A stretch of 64,000 nt of DNA. Source: Rhizodiscina lignyota (taxonomy: Eukaryota). Both the position numbers and the translations under genes were made by a program. Location of the stretch: contig ML978128.1 of NCBI GenBank assembly GCA_010015805.1, positions 1,178,001-1,242,000 on the forward strand, read 5' to 3'. This document shows positions 50,001-62,231 of this stretch, piece after piece (the stretch's first letter is position 1; each line of letters opens with the position of its first letter). The notes beneath the pieces are model-generated. The model saw only the letters and a list, made by a program, of their open reading frames with translations, was not told where the DNA came from and did no database searches.

Positions 50001-53000
50001 TGCAGCCCATGGCGATAAGAGGAGTCGTGGCGAAGCCCCATTCCTCTGCACCAAGGAGACAAGCGATAGCTACGTCACGGCCAGTGCGTATTTGACCGTC
50101 TGTCTGGACGATGACACGACCACGAAGATCGTTCAATACGAGTGTCTGATGTGTCTCTGCAAGACCCAGCTCCCACGGAAGACCCGCGTACTTGATACCA
50201 GTCCACCGGGATGCTCCAGTGCCACCGTCGTGGCCGGAGATGAGGATGTGGTCGGCCTTGGCCTTTGCGACACCAGAGGCGACGATGCCAACGCCGGTTT
50301 CCGAGACCAGCTTGACTGAGACGCGAGCGCGGGGGTTCGAGCACTTGAGATCGTAAATCAACTGCTTCAGGTCCTCAATGGAGTAGATGTCATGGTGAGG
50401 AGGTGGAGAGATAAGACCGACACCAGGAGTCGAGTGACGAGTCTTCGCGATTGGACCTGAAACCTTGTGGCCCGGAAGTTCACCGCCTTCGCCGGGCTTG
50501 GCTCCTTGTGCCATCTTAATCTGGAGTTCATCTGCGTCGGCAAGATAGTTCGCAGTAACGCCAAATCTGCCAGACGCAACCTGCTTGATCGCAGACCGCA
50601 TCGTGTCGCCGTTGTCTAGTCGTAAGCTGCGCTCTGGATCTTCTCCACCCTCGCCCGTGTTGGATTTTCCTCCGAGTCGATTCATGGCCACAGCAATCGT
50701 CGAGTGGGACTCCATTGAGATGGATCCATATGACATGGCGCCAGTAACGAAGCGCCGAACAATCTCGGTCCAAGGCTCAACTTGATCGATCGGGACCGGA
50801 GTGCGTTCATCGAAGGCGAAGTCGAGCATCCCACGCAAGGTACAGTTCTTGATTTGCTCGTACTCAGCCATGGAATACGCCTCGTATGACTTGTCATTTC
50901 TGGTCCTGACAGCATCTTGGACATTTGCGATGCTGACAGGGTCATTTACGTGCGCCTCGCCACCATCTCGCCAGTGGTATTCGCCAGTTTCGGCCAGACC
51001 GGGGATCTCGACAATGCTGCGGCTTGGGAAGCCCTTGTCGTGAAGAGCAAAAGCATCTTGCGCAATCAGTTCGAACGTCATACCTTTAATGCGGGTTGCA
51101 GTTCCAGTGAAGCACCTATCGACGACCTCGTCATCGATACCAAGCGCCTCAAAAATTTGGGCACCCTTATAGCTTTGCAGCGTTGAAATACCCATCTTGC
51201 TCATAACCTTCAGGATACCACCGTCGCAAGAGTGTACGTAATTCTCGATGAGCTGCTCGTCGGTAAGTTGCTTTCGAATAAGGCCTTCACGGTTCATCTT
51301 CAAGATGCACTCCATTGCAAGGTACGGGCAAACCGCGTCCGCGCCGTAACCCAAAAGGACGCACAGATGTTGCACCTCGCGAGCTTCAGCAGTTTCGATG
51401 ACGAGGGCGGTCTTCGCTCGCCATCTGTTGCGGACAAGGTGGTGGTGAACCATTCCAGTGGCCAGACAGGCAGAGACCGGGATCCGCTCTGCGGACGTCG
51501 CGCGATCGGAAAGAACAAGGATATTGTCTCCAGCTTCAATTGACTCGCTCGCCGCGTCGCAAATGGCATCGAGGGCTTTCATGTATCCCTCAACACCTTC
51601 GCTCTTTGGGAAAGTGATGTCAACAACCTTGACTGTCCACGTGGGGTAAATCTTGGTGATGTTCATCAAGGCATTGAATTCTTCCATTGATAGAATCGGC
51701 GAAGGCATGAGCAGTCGGTGGCACTGAGTCTCGTCCATTTCGAGGAGGTTACCTTGTGGACCGACGTAAGACTCTAGAGACATAACAACAGCCTCTCGGA
51801 TCGGATCAATTGGAGGATTGGTAACCTGCGCAAAGAGCTGACGGAAATACTCATAGAGCAGGCGAGGTTGCTGAGCAAGGCACGCCAGTGGCGCATCGTT
51901 GCCCATGGAACCAAGGGCTTCCTTGGAATCTGCTGCCATTGGACCGAGCAGCAATGTGACTTGTTCCAGGGAGTAACCGAAGGCCCTCAGTCGTGGATCT
52001 TCTTGGAGTCTTGTCTCGGTGACCTTCTTGCTGCAGTCAACACCCTCTTCCCGCAACTGCGAGTAGATTCCGGGCATGGTCAAAAGATGCTTCTCAATCC
52101 AGGCTCGGAAATCCTGTCGAGAGGAGACTGTTTGCTTGAGCTCGGTGTCGTCTACGATGCGTCCTGCGACAGTGTCTACCAGAAGCATCCTTCCTGGCTG
52201 CAGACGGCCCTTCTGGACAACGCGCTCAGGATCGATATGAATTGTACCCACTTCAGATGCGCACACTATCCGGTCGTCGTCCGTTACGTAGTATCTGCAA
52301 GGACGAAGGCCGTTCCGATCGAGGTTTGCGCCGCAGTATCGTCCATCAGAGAATGTGAACAAAGCGGGTCCATCCCAAGGTTCCATCATACATCCTGCCC
52401 ACTCATAGAAAGCCTGCTTGGCAGGGTCCATGGCCCGGTTACCCTGCCATGCTTCAGGCACCATAAGCATGACGGCTTCTGGCAGCGACAGGACACCGTT
52501 AATGACGAGGAGCTCAAGCACATTGTCGAAAGCAGCTGAATCGGAGCCACCGTCTTCGATGATAGGATACAGTAACTCCAGGTCTTCACCAAAAAGGTTG
52601 GACTTCAAGACGCCCTCACGTGCTCTCATCCAGTTCTTGTTCCCACGCAGTGTATTTATCTCACCATTGTGAGCTGCCCATCTGAGAGGCTGTGCCCTGT
52701 CCCAGCTGGGGAATGTGTTTGTGGAGAATCGAGAGTGGACGAGAGCAAAGTGGCCCTCGTAATCGACGTTGACGAGATCATGGTAATACTCGTACACCTG
52801 TGACGGTGAGAGTTGCCCCTTGTATACGATGTTCTTGTTGCTCAGAGAGCACAAATAAAACCAGTTGTGAAGACCGATAACGTGAGTGGATCGCTTTCGA
52901 AGTACATAAAGCTGTCTCTCGAAGGTAGACTCATCAAACACCTCTCCAAAGTGAGGAGCTGGCTCGTTGGCTTCTCCGTACGCGGATCTCAAGACCACAA

Positions 53001-53683
53001 AGGGTTGGAGGATAATGGGCTCGCGTGACAACGCGGCAGGCCCAAGGAGCGTCGAGTCTCGAGGGACTTCTCGCCAACCTAGGACTCTGAGGTCTAGGGA
53101 GGTTGCGACATCCTCGAATGTAGCGATCGTTTCCTTCAATATCTCCGTGTCCGGTTTGAAGAAGAGATTCCCTGCAGCATACTGGCCTTGCGGGGGTAGC
53201 TTAATGCCCTGCTCCTTCTCGAAATTTTTCACGAAGAATTTGTGAGGGATCGAGGTCATGACACCAGCTCCATCGCCATCTCGAGCGTCAGAGCCAACCG
53301 CTCCACGATGGGTCATATTACAAAGAAGGCTGCGCGCTGTTGGAAGGCGAGTCAGTTCTAGCCTTATATACGGAAGCAGAAGGGGCAACCATACCATCTG
53401 TCACGATCTTATGGCTCGCCTTGCCCTTGATATGGCTGTGAAACTAGTCAACGGAACGGTTCTTCACTTCACATGTGTTTTCGATGACTTACGCGGCGAA
53501 ACCGACACCACAAGCATCCTTCTCCAAGGCTGGGTCATAGAGACCCTGCTTCAGCGGAAGCGTACCGGCCCATGACCGGTTCTCCGGCGTCTCCTGGTAG
53601 TCGTATACCGAGTACGCCTGACCCTCCTCCGGTTCAATCGCTGCAGGTGGCCTTGTATCCTCTGCGAAAGAGACTTTGCCCAT
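47034..53683 (-). CDS. GLT1: NADH-dependent glutamate synthase (GOGAT), 5 exons
   Basis: KDA/CGVGF Ntn nucleophile, [15 protein letters not shown] domain ([15 protein letters not shown]), 3Fe-4S Cys motif, GXGXG domain, and fused beta subunit ([16 protein letters not shown]). Confidence 0.98.
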
Positions 53684-56600
53684 TCTTTCGGCGCGAAGGG
53701 CCGATTCGTCTGGATGATATAGTGGATATAAACACGAGAGGTGCGAGATTGGATCGCTGTCGTCGAAAATGCACGCTCGAAGCTGGGCTGCTGCCTGTGC
53801 CTGGGGCGAGAGACGAATGTCAGTTGGCAGTTCAATGCACGGTGTGTAAAGGATGTGAAGATGTTCCGTGGAGGGTCGGGTGTGATGAAAAAGTGACAGC
53901 AATGGCTGGTGGCGTGAAATTTTTGATGCGGAGCTTCCCCAGCGCCTTGACGGCGATCACTCTTGTGTGACTACGGAACTAACGCAATGAGTGTTCACTG
54001 TAGTCGATCGCGCCGCGATGATGTTCTGACGACCATGGGCCTCGCCGCAATGCCTTTCAGTAGAGGGAGATAAGGGAAGGGAAGGGTTGGCGGCGGGGTA
54101 GGATAACAGTCGAATTGTCAAGCTCGAATTAATCAGGCAAAGGGTATTGGGCAACTCACGTTCGGTTCCTGGAGACACGGCGTGCGCACGACAATTCACG
54201 GGCGCAGTCAACAGCAGACAGGCAGCAATGACTGTGTGCGGTATGTGGTGAGAGACGGAGGGGAGCGGCGGATGAGAGGGCACTTTGTACGGCGCGCAGA
54301 AAATCTTCCCACCCCTCCGCTTGAGGTCTAGCCTTACTCACTTTTCCCCCCTCTGGTAAACGGAAGCCAGCTGCTGGCTTGTGAAAGCACTGTCGGATCG
54401 CATGAGAGCTGCCTGTCAGTCTCTCTGCGCCCTGTGCTTTCGACGTTGCGTTTCAAGGGCTATTCTAATGTCGTCATACCAGTATTTTGTTGTTTCTTCC
54501 CTCTGCACCTCTCCAACTTCTCTAACCGCTCCCTCCGACTGCTGTGGGAGTCTGCACTCCAGCTCGAACTCAGGATGATTCTTCCAGACCTAGACATGCC
54601 ATCCATCTCATTGTCAGCCACACAATGCCCTCGCTTGGTCGAAATATGACCCTTGTGCAGCTCGCTCGCTGGAAATTTTGTCACTTCCGTGGGGTACAGA
54701 TGAGCTGCCAGCAAGCAGGGCCACCGATGGAGCCAAGCTGGGGCACGGGGCGTTCATTGGCCAATTGTGGATGCTATTCATGTGTGTAAACGGCTGGAAC
54801 TGCGCGTATAGCTCATCCTTGCCCCAGCTTGCAGCGAGCTTCGACCTCCATCTGCCGCCGCCCGCCGTGTGCGGCGTCTGCTGATTCTCGAGCACGTCAT
54901 TGGCTGGACTCGAATCGTTACTCGATTTTTAGCTGTCATAACGCATCTTATCTTGTTCAGAGGTACCTGTGCTTGAAAGTCTACATGGTAGCTTCGAACG
55001 CCTTTGATGGCATAAAAACATCGCTAATTCACCAGTCGGCTGGCTGTCCTGCAAGTACGAAAGTGGACACATCTCTTTTCTCGACTGTCATCTGACCTCT
55101 CATGCCTCCATCGCCGTAGTTCGCCAACCGCAAAGCCCGAACGATACCTACCTCCAGCCTGGGAGTCATGCCTGTAGGGACTTGCGGCTCTGTGTGCCGC
55201 AATGTACGACAACCTCCAAGCTAGTGGACCCTGATGCGGACGGGACAGCTGTATTCCAGCAAAATTTCTCTGCCGTCTAGCCTTTGCGCTCTGCCGATGT
55301 CGCTCTCCGCCACGCAACGTTACTCCTGTTCTTCCCGAGTGCACCATGTGACCATCAAAGTTGCACTTTGACCGGATGTCAGAGTAGAGGAAGCGGTGTG
55401 TGTCAGGCAATTCCTGGAGGCGATGCGTTGAGATGACTGCAAGAGCCGTTGGGAAAGGAGAAGTAATTGGCGTTGCGCTCCGTCGAAATTGCAAGGCGAA
55501 TCTTACACAAGCTTACCAAGAAACTTCCCGCATATGCACACCAGAGAAAACAATAGTGTCCTTCATGAGTAGAGATCATTATTAAAGGATCCGAATTGCC
55601 TCTTCTAAACAGCGTTCACAATTGCACACTGGATCCTAGTCGTTCCCAAGGGATGCACCGGCGCTTTCCCATGGAGGCTACTCGGCCAACAGTAGCTAAC
55701 GGTAGCCACGAACAAACCTATTGCGGTCTAGGAAAAAGCGGAAAAGAGCGATAGCACAACTCGATACAAGTCAGACGTTGGATATGAATACCTTCAGGTT
55801 ATTAAAATGATATACTCGAATGGGTCTGGAGTTGAGCGGAGTACATGCCGACTCGGCGAGCTGCACAATGGACTGTAAAGGCCGAGGGGGGCTACCGGAG
55901 AGCTATTGCTTTTTACCCAGCAGGTGGAGCGCCGTATGTGAAAGGGACGATGAGCCATCTACTCCGCATCTAAAGCCGCCCTCATCTGCCATAAGATCTA
56001 GCAGATTGGCGGGCCCTCAGCAAGTAGGAGCTTATTGCTTGTTAAGGTCAAGCCGTGTCTCATGTATTTCAGATTCTTTTCTTAGTTTCGAGCGAACTTC
56101 TATCCTAGTTTCTCTATTAAAATCCTCTCGTCCATCCTCAGCGCTTTGGAATTTGGAAAGCAAACTCAGGCATTGGTTTGGATATTTCTGAAGCCATATC
56201 CTTTCGATTACTGGCTTCTGATAACCCGAACTTACCCGCGCAACAGAGCTCACGACGATCGGCCGGGTGACTGGAACGCAAGCTCTCAAAGCAAGCAAAA
56301 GCAAGAGGCGCTGGGCCGACTGAACTGGAGTCAGGCTTTTCCGTAGTTGCAAAGACCTGTTATGCCTGAGTCGGCAATATATTGCGCTTTCGGTACTCCG
56401 TAGCGGAGTCAGCAATTCGAGTCGCGCTAGTACACAGGCAGATTTGTTCACTGTCAAAGGCGAGATATTCGCGATAAATCGACGATAATCTTACTTCGCA
56501 ATCTGACGAGACAAAACGAGGGACGCCACGGCAATTTGCACGGTATTGCGAGAGATCCAGGAGCTTCACTACGTAGTGGTACTTTTGTGTATGCCATTCG

Positions 56601-56909
56601 GCCTATCAATTCTGCGTAACATGCTCGCCCAACGCAATGCTAGGAGAAGCAGTGAATCATAAGCCGATATCTATCTCTATCCAAAAGATGGAGATGCACC
56701 ATAACCCTTTTGTTTGCCGTGTGCGAGTAGTAGCACTTAGAATGACTCCCCAAAGTCCAAAAAGCCCTTCCAAAACGCCTCTTCCAATGGTCCTGATGTG
56801 TCCAAAGAACCTGGAACTTGATCTGGCTCTATATTCACGCGAACAATCAGTGGTGTATATCCTAAGTAGACATGAACCAAGATTAGCGTCTACTCACTTC
56901 AGTGCCAGC

Positions 56910-57383
56910 TCAAGTCATTGACTCGTCGTTGTCCTCTTCCTCGAAATCCTCATCATCATCTTCGTCATAGTCTTCGTCTTCATCCATAGTCTCAGCAGCC
57001 TTGGCATAGTCGATGGTCTTGCCACGCGTGCGCGAGCCGACGATGTTGTCCTCCTCGATTTCCTCGAGGTCATCCTCGTCTTCTTCTTCGTCTGCAAGCA
57101 AAGTCAACCATTGAAGTGATTGCGTGTCGGGGAATAGTATACATACGCATGCCACTCTATGAACCCGTTAGTGTTATTGATCAGATTAACTTTAGGACAC
57201 ACAGAAGTAACTGACTGGTTCCTCCTGCTCATCCTCTTCCTCGTCTTCGTCGTCATCTTCGTCCATCGCAGTGTCGGGCACCTGCTCGACCGCCTTGCCT
57301 TTACCCTTACTCTCCACTGGTGCTGGCACTCCTAGGGGCGTTTCCTCCTTGGGGACGGTGGTGCCGTTTGTTGCAGTGTCCAT
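56910..57383 (-). CDS. CHZ1: Histone H2A.Z chaperone Chz1; exons 57216-57383, 57147-57156, 56910-57091
   Basis: KGKGKA motif, acidic tracts and the CHZ motif DLEEIEEDNIVGSRTRGKTIDYAKAA. Confidence 0.9.
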
Positions 57384-57625
57384 TTTTGCGTGAGAGTAGC
57401 AGGGCAGTCGATTGAAGAGGGCGTTTGTGGAGGGTCAATGGAGTTGCACTGTGGTCGCAGATGCTGGAGATGTTGTTGTTGTTTGCTGTGAGCAATTTAG
57501 AAAGTAAGGTAAAAGTAGGCAAGGGTGCAGCGGTGAAGTGGAGAAGTGGTGTTAGGTCACGACACGGCTAAAAAGAAGAGCGACTGCGACTCGCGACGGC
57601 AAGTTCCGTCGCAAGTTCAATTAAC

Positions 57626-57649
57626 ACGCGCGACGCGTTCTCGACGCGT
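57626..57649. promoter_or_regulatory. MCB (MluI cell-cycle box) cluster in the CHZ1/CTF4 divergent promoter
   Basis: ACGCG at 57626 plus two perfect ACGCGT at 57633-57638 and 57644-57649, about 60 bp upstream of the Ctf4 ATG. Confidence 0.7.
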
Positions 57650-57705
57650 CTCCTTCCGCAGGAGTAGCTGGCTGCAATCTCGACAATCTTCGCAATCCCA
57701 AAATC

Positions 57706-60504
57706 ATGGCTCAACAAAGATTACGGAAAAGGCCAGCTCGTGAGGATCTTATGAAATGCTCTAGAGAGGTTCAATTTGACTAATTCACGTTCAGACACGG
57801 AGGGGCATACATCGCTCTGCTACAGTCCCGATGGAAGCAAGCTCGTCACGGCTGGGCAGAACAGCACCATTCGCATATTCCAGACAGGCAGTGATGCCGA
57901 GCCTGCGAATATTGACAATTGCCAGGTGGATAACTATGCTGTTGTCGCTACTGTACGATTTACTATTACCTTGATTTGTTCGTTTACTGACTGAAATATA
58001 AGGACAAATACGCGATCACTGGTTCTGAGGATGGCTCGGTTTCAATGTATTCGCTCGATGAAAAGAGCCTCGAAGGCATCTTGCTACGTTGTACCTTGCC
58101 AGTACGCGATCTAGCCCTTTCACCAAATGGCGAGTGGATCGCAGTTGCTAGCGAGTGAGTATACCCTTCTCGGTTTCCGCTCATTGCTAACCAGATGCAG
58201 CGATAATACCGTGAAAATGGTTCAGATCGAAGACATGACGCAGGTTGTGCGCCTTGATGATCAGACGAAACCGGCCAAGCATGTGTCCTTTAGTCCATCT
58301 GGAGACATGCTTTCAATCTCGTACACTGATGGGGTAATCCTTTGCTATTCTTTGGGTTCAGTTGGTCCTGTACTGCACAAGAAGCTTCCTGGATTAGTCA
58401 AGGCTCTCGAAACGACGGATGAGCCTACTACGAGGGCGTATTGGCATCCTGACGGAAGAGCGTTTGCCGTTGCTACTGCTACTCGCGGTATGGAAACCCA
58501 AAGGGCCTATTGAAGCGATCCCTACTAATGAAGAAGATATAGATATTCAGGTTTTCTCACGTGGCGACTGGGAACGGCAGCGTTCATTCAAGAATGGTCA
58601 TGCAGCTGATATCACCGCAATGGCATGGTCACCAAACGGAGCACTGCTAGCTTCAGTAGGACTGGATAGAAAACTAGTCCTGTGGAACAGCAAGACTCAA
58701 AAGATACTGAAGACGTACGATGGTATACACGATACTATCCTCGGCCTCGCCTGGCATCCATCGGAGAACATCTTGTCGTACACCAGTAGCAACGGCGAGC
58801 TCTACATCCACACCGACTTCGTCCCCGACGAACATCTTGCCTCCTTGAAACTGGCTGTGCAGCCATCTCCTTTCATACACGATCCACTCTCCGAAACATC
58901 CGGCAATTCTCGTCGCGAGCCCGCCAATGGCCTCAAGGACCCCATGGATGTGGAAATGGATGACGACATTGACCCTCTCGATGCAATTCTTGGCCCAGAG
59001 GAATTATCCGAGCACGGTGACGGCTTCATTGTTGACGATGATGGTGCAGGCTATGCAGAAGAAGCGATTAATGGATTCGGAAAACGAACCAACGGCCATC
59101 TGGCAGATTTTGACACGCGTCTTTTGAAACGCAGACCCCAGATAAACTCCTGGCAGCCGAAGATTCACCAAGCATTCCAGTCTGGCAGTACTCCCTGGCG
59201 TGGAAACCGTAAATACCTCTGCCTGAACTTGATAGGATTCGTGTGGACTGTGGATAATTCCGAAGGCGGTCGCGAAGATGAGGACTACCACACGGTGACT
59301 GTCGAGTTCTACGACAGGGAGTTCCAGCGCGACTTCCACTTCAGGGAGGACAAATACTACGACAAAGCATGCCTGACCGAACATGGAACTATCTTCTCGT
59401 GCCCACCAGATGCGGCGAGGAACATGCCGGCCACAATTTACTACAGACCCCATGAGATGTGGACCATGCGAACCGAGTGGTACGTCGAGCTTCCTAAGGG
59501 CGAATCCGTTACTGCAATGTCCCTGAGCGATTCGTATATCGTTGTGACAACATCGACGAACTACACTAGAGTGTACAGCCTCTTCGGTGTCCCAGTACGA
59601 ATCTATCGTCAGAAGAGTTCTCCTAGTGTGACCTGTGCATCCTGGAGAGATTACATCATGACTGTTGGCAACGGTCCAGTGGCCGCAAACGGCAGACCGC
59701 AGCTACTGTACACGATCCAGAATGTGAAACGAGATGATGTCTGTCAGAATGAGGACATCGTGGCCCTTCAAGATGGTGAAGAACTTAAGAGTGTATTCTT
59801 CTCTGACAATGGCGTATGCATGGCTCTTTTGGACCTTCTCTTCGTACCAGTGCTAATGTTATTAGGATCCCTGCATTTATGATACAAGCGGCACCCTTCT
59901 TGTCCTCCTCCACTGGCGAACACCCGGTCAGGCACAGTGGGTGCCGTTGCTCGATACGAGGCAACTCACACGTCTCGCAGATGGCAAGAAAGACGAAATA
60001 TACTGGCCTGTTGCTGTTGCAGACAACAAGTTTCACTGCATCATTCTCAAGGGGACAGAATACCCGTACTTCCCACGGCCGCTGCTCACGGACTTCGACT
60101 TCCAGATCCCAGTTACTGCAAGCCCAGTGGAGCCAAGCAAGAGCCTCAAGGAGAAGTCGGTCGAAGAGCTGGAAGAAACATTTGTTCGAGAGTCAATCAA
60201 GTCCGCTTTATTGGAGGATCTCGTCGGTTCAACCAAGGCGACGTCGTCTCAGAGACAGATGTTGATTAGGCAAGAGACGGCGGTTGATGCTGTTCTGATG
60301 TACCTGCTCAACGTGGAATGTCAAATGGGCGAGGAGCGTGGCATGAAGTGCCTCGAAATCGTGAGCTTGCTGAGGGATCGCAGTGGGACGATGCTTGATA
60401 AGGCACAAGCAATAGCGGAACGCAAGAACATGGATGTTCTCGCTGAAAAGATCCGTAAGCTTGCAGAAAGTAGGATGATTGGATTAGTGGATGATGACGA
60501 TTAG
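57706..60504 (+). CDS. sepB: Replisome hub Ctf4/Mcl1/SepB (WD40 + SepB domain), 6 exons
   Basis: N-terminal WD40 repeats, FQSGSTPWRGNRKYLCLNLIGFVWTV, HTVTVEFYD, YWPVAVAD and YPYFPRPL. Confidence 0.94.
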
Positions 60505-60759
60505 TTCATGTCTGGAGTAACCCGTTTTTGGATACATCATGATGCACAGGAAGAGAGGTTGAACTTTTAGGCATGATGAATTTGCACAAATTAATATCAG
60601 GCCTCATAGACGCAAATGCCATACTCATATGTTGAGCATATGAATTCATCAAGCATACAGGTCGTAATTGAGATAGTGCTCAATCGTAAAATGAAAAGCC
60701 TCAAAACGCCGTATGCCATGCAATGCTATATTGTTGCTGTCAAAGCTTCGAGGAAGTGA

Positions 60760-61826
60760 TTATGCGTGGACGAGCTGTCTGGCCGGTGGCTCTCTTTCGA
60801 TCTCATACTCAATCTCGCGTTTCGGTCCCTTGGACGTCTTCTTGTTCGGTTTCTGCGGCTTGCTAGCAGGGCGTTTCCTCTTCAGATCGCCCAATAATTT
60901 CTTCAGCTTCTCCTTATCGTCCACTTCGTCATCGCCCTCCTCGCTATCACCCTCGTCACTTTCATCTTCCTCTCCGCTCTCTTCATCGGCGCTTTCGCCT
61001 CCGAGCCAATCTTCAAGATCGCCCAGTTCCTCATCCGATTCGTCATCCACATCACTGACGTATTCCACCTCACCAGCACCGTCTTCTAATTCATTCTCTT
61101 GCTCGTATTCCAGCTCTTCTTCGATTCCTTCGTCCAAGTCTTCGTCCCGCACTCCCTCGCCCTGTCTCTCAAGTCCTCTCATCACCTTCTTCCATATGCC
61201 CTCTTCCACATTCAACGGCCTATCTCCGTAGGCACCGCTCCTCAATCTCTCGACGAGTTCACGTTCAATGGCTCTCTCCACCTTCGCAGCGGCCAATGCT
61301 TTGCGCTCCCTCGTCTCCTCTCGTCTGCGCACCTTTGGCGCCAACTTTGGCACCAACTTCTCTCCCAGTCTCTCCTCCTCTCTGGCTAGCCTCTTCATGC
61401 GAATTGCCACTTGGGTTAACCTTGTGAGCCTCTGCTTGCACTTGTGCACCAGAAACTTCGGCCAGTAAATCAATCTCTCGTCTATCAATTCAAGAGCCTT
61501 CGCATAATTGGCGGGCAGCCGTATGCGCTCCCACCATTTGCTCGGGAGATGCGCTCGTTCGATCGTCTTCATGTAAAGGTACAAGGCACCAGTGGCCGGA
61601 TCGGAGCGGATTGTTGCATAGCGGGAGTTCGCAAGCGGGCATGATTGGCGGTTGCAGAGCCCGGTGACATTGTATTCGTTGCGACAGAAGGTTTTTTCCT
61701 TCGTAGTTCTGAAGAGACAAGGTTAGAGAATCGATTTTGGGGACGGTGCGGTCAGTGAGCGTACTTGAGTTTGAATGAGCAAAATTGCTGATTAATCACT
61801 TGCCAGACGATCTCGTCGGATGCCAT
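60760..61826 (-). CDS. MAK16: 60S biogenesis factor Mak16 (2 exons)
   Basis: [21 protein letters not shown]/..[36 protein letters not shown], acidic tail and EIEYE. Confidence 0.96.
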
Positions 61827-62231
61827 GGTGGCTCTCGTCTGTCGCTAGAAGGAATGGTGGGTGTGGTTTGACAAGGCCGTCCGTGAAAAAGATGGAGTTT
61901 GCGAAATAAAAAAGTCTGGCTTGGCGCGAAATCTTGGCAGAGCCACCGTGGAGGAGCCCTGCTTATGGTGTCCGGCCTAGCATGATGTGAGTGTTCAAAC
62001 TGTCATCCAGGAACGAGATTCCAGTGTCTAGTCTTACAAGTTGGAAGATATTTTTCTTCTACCTGAACTATACTAGAATTAAGGGTGCAACCACAACAGA
62101 AGCCACTTTGATAGCTCTTGCCCAAGTTCGAACTGCATTGTCGACATTATAAGCTAGCGCATCAACGGCGGCCCCGCGTATTTGTTGCTGGGGTGCAGCT
62201 AGACAAATCTTCACTCCAACAACAACGCGTT

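Noticed and set aside
47175..53575. Many plus-strand ORFs of 60-250 aa overlapping GLT1 (similar cases over pgm2, tubA, fad2 and MAK16)
   Set aside because: These are antisense shadows produced by codon bias of the real genes and show no independent motifs.
53684..53902. In-frame N-terminal extensions from TTG/GTG upstream of GLT1 (also fad2 12777-12953 and the LRR gene 42659-42919)
   Set aside because: Leader regions can lack stops by chance, and the downstream ATGs give family-typical N-termini. There is no evidence for near-cognate initiation.
19446..60504. A functional chromatin gene cluster (IWS1, SUZ12, CHZ1, CTF4)
   Set aside because: The genes are scattered among unrelated housekeeping genes, so co-location is explainable by chance without synteny data.
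61981..62070. Possible box C/D snoRNA between MAK16 and MSS1
   Set aside because: Box C is imperfect, there is no terminal stem and no recognisable rRNA guide.
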